A stretch of DNA of 64,000 nt from Phallusia mammillata. Lineage: Eukaryota. The position numbers and the translations under genes were made by a program. The notes under the pieces were generated by a model. The model saw only the letters and a program-made list of their open reading frames with translations, was not told the DNA's origin and did no database searches. The DNA lies in NCBI GenBank assembly GCA_965637545.1, contig OZ281501.1, positions 1,860,001 through 1,924,000 of the forward strand, written 5' to 3'. Of the stretch, positions 61,824 through 64,000 are shown one piece after another (position 1 is the first letter of the stretch; each line of letters begins with the position of its first letter).

Positions 61824-63002
61824 CTAGACGATTGAGTCCCAAACGCCGGTGACAACATCTATGGCAGTTTGACAAAACGTTTTCCACACTGCTGAGGTTA
61901 AAACCTTGTAGAGAATGTAGGAAGAAACGCCGGTGAACATTGCGAAGGGCGGAAGAGCTGATTTGAAAAACGTTACAGCGATTTCGTCATTCCTGTTCAT
62001 TTTCACAAGCATGTCACCGCGCTTGTTTTTGTGAGGAAACGGTTCTTGCGGAATATTAACTCCCAGAAACTCACACAAAGGTTCCCAGCCTTCTGATACG
62101 TTGTAAACCAACAACTTGTCCTTAGGTGCTTTCTGCAATGATGTAAAAAAATAATCAAACTTTGTATCGGTAACTGGAGAAAATCCTGAAATTGCATCAG
62201 AATAAAATCCCCAGGTTTTACTTGGAACTCTAATTAAAGAAAACATCGGGCTGTTAAATTTTCTGTATTCCATAGATATATCAAACACTCGTTCTATACT
62301 GAATGGTTACTGTTAAAGTCTAACCCCTATAAGATGATTGAGTCCACTTGCCTGTAAAACATTTGCGTTGTGGTATCTGAAATGCTCTCGTAGTATTTTC
62401 TCGTGTAAGAAGTTGACATGCAACCGAGGAAAGAACGTAGGGTATCCGAAAAATGAAACTGTAATACGTTTAAATATTCACGGTTGATCACTGTTCTTAC
62501 TTTTTGAGAATTTGCAAATTGGTTACACACTAATAAAGTGCACTTACATAATTGTCGATGGTAGGAGGTACGAATCCAAAAAAGTGAGGAAAATGTGAAC
62601 ATAAACCATACAAGGAAACTTCGGTTAACCTTTTCAATCTGATTCTTAAAACTCTTGTACCAGGCGTCTTCATCTCGTAGGGTTAAAACGATCTAAAATT
62701 AAAAGATATGACCAAACCAAGTATGGGTGCATGTTACACTTGCGTACCTTTGCTTCAGGAAACGCTTCGTGCAATTGTTCCCAATAATGATACACAGGAG
62801 AATCTGTTAAAGCATCAACGCCAGCAAATGTTTGTTGAATATCTTCAACGGTCGCTTCGCCTCTGAAAATGTTCATCCAACCTTTGTGAGCATAGTATAA
62901 GTTCTCCACCGTGTCATAAGTATTTAATCCAAGCATTCGAAATGCGCAAGCCATCGTTTTGGTCCCAGTCTTCGAGTAGCCAACTAGTATAACCTTCATC
63001 AT
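61824..63002 (-). CDS. P-loop sulfotransferase-family protein (Sulfotransfer_4-like), copy 3, 4 exons, ~270 aa
   Basis: Exons 63002(or 62999)-62748, 62692-62548, 62458-62352 (GC donor CAG|GCAAGT), 62132-61824. Same motifs and exon sizes as copy 2; frame intact. Confidence 0.9.
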
Positions 63003-64000
63003 GCGCCTTGGTCAACTTGTTACTATGGGCAGTTTGCTATTGCGGAACCAGTTAAAGTTTGAATTACAATTTGTTGCTGTGGTATAAAGTGCGTAGAGCA
63101 GTCTATGAACAATTGTTTGACGCAATTTGCAGTGTCGAAATGTGCGAAGTACCTTTTCGTGTACATAAGCCTGTTGTTACTATTAAGCTTCCTGTTTTTT
63201 AAGTCATTTTTTATATCCTTTAGTGAACATCGTGTAACTGTTTGTGACTGTAAGCTTCTTTCATAGTTCCAGCAAAGTTTGTCTGTCCCTCGCACTAAAG
63301 CGTTACTTGTCCGTGCAACTGAACTAGCACGCTGGTGTTTACATACCCAAACTGACTCTTGTCTCTGTTATGGTTCCTTCTCCGCGTTTGTGCAGATCGG
63401 TTTACGTCAACATGATGTAATCGCTCGTGCGTGTCGGTTTGCCGCAAGGCACTCACGTGACTCAAACGAACTCAATTGCTCTCTGACGCACACTTGTTTT
63501 TTGGAAGCCATTGTTTTGTAGTCTGTTTCAAAGTTCTAGTGTTCATTGTATTTAACTAATGCATGAGCAAAAAAGGTCGTTTTTAGGTGTTTTTTGGCCG
63601 TTATATGCCCCCCTACAAACAGATCAGTGTATCGTCCACTATTGATCCAAATTTAATAATATTAATGTGTAATAAAAAGGTTCAAATCGTAAATGTAGCA
63701 AATACAAGTGTATAAGGGTCTGCTTTATGGTTTTCATCGAACAAGTTATCGTAAAACCATGGTTCCGCGATTCATTTGTTGTTATTTTTTAGCGGAGCAC
63801 ATTGTAATGCAACAGGTTAAACTTATCTATTGATACGACCGATGAAATTATACTTTCAGCAACAGGAAAAATAGCAAAAAAATGCACGACGTGTGATACA
63901 AAGATATGAAGCACACAAACTTCCACAATTTGGCAACACTTTAACTGAAAGTGGATATGTGAACTAGATCATCAGCTAATTTCTTCATTGGTCGGTTTGT

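Noticed and set aside
1-64000. CRISPR arrays, rRNA, functional tRNA and conserved chordate miRNAs
   Set aside because: No regularly spaced repeat-spacer array or rRNA-like segment. The periodic signal at 31-42 kb is collagen Gly-X-Y exons. Spot checks for remembered miRNA seeds found no mature sequence in a hairpin, but this was not exhaustive.

Overview
AT-rich eukaryotic genomic DNA with short GT-AG introns (many 55-100 nt). The gene content and intron style suggest an ascidian/tunicate (inference). Positions ~1-24,700 contain no convincing protein-coding gene, only GC-richer motif islands, a tRNA-derived SINE and some ambiguous exon-like segments. Positions 24,734-43,733 (+) hold a complete ~60-exon fibrillar procollagen (~1,840 aa) of clade C type (COL24A1/COL27A1-like): signal peptide, TSPN/LamG, Ser/Thr-rich region, interrupted triple helix, COLFI. 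Next is a tail-to-tail pair of paralogous 9-exon secreted-protein genes (Ly6/uPAR-like + sushi/CCP + VWA); the minus-strand copy carries one in-frame TAG. A tandem trio of P-loop sulfotransferase-family genes follows on the minus strand. The first of these has a 745-bp TA-flanked MITE in its PAPS-binding P-loop, and the MITE ends supply GT/AG sites that would splice it out in frame (introner-like). Introns also hold two hAT-type MITEs and a palindromic hammerhead-ribozyme-like element with 12-bp flanking direct repeats. All gene models were built by hand from splice signals and reading frame; no database search was run.
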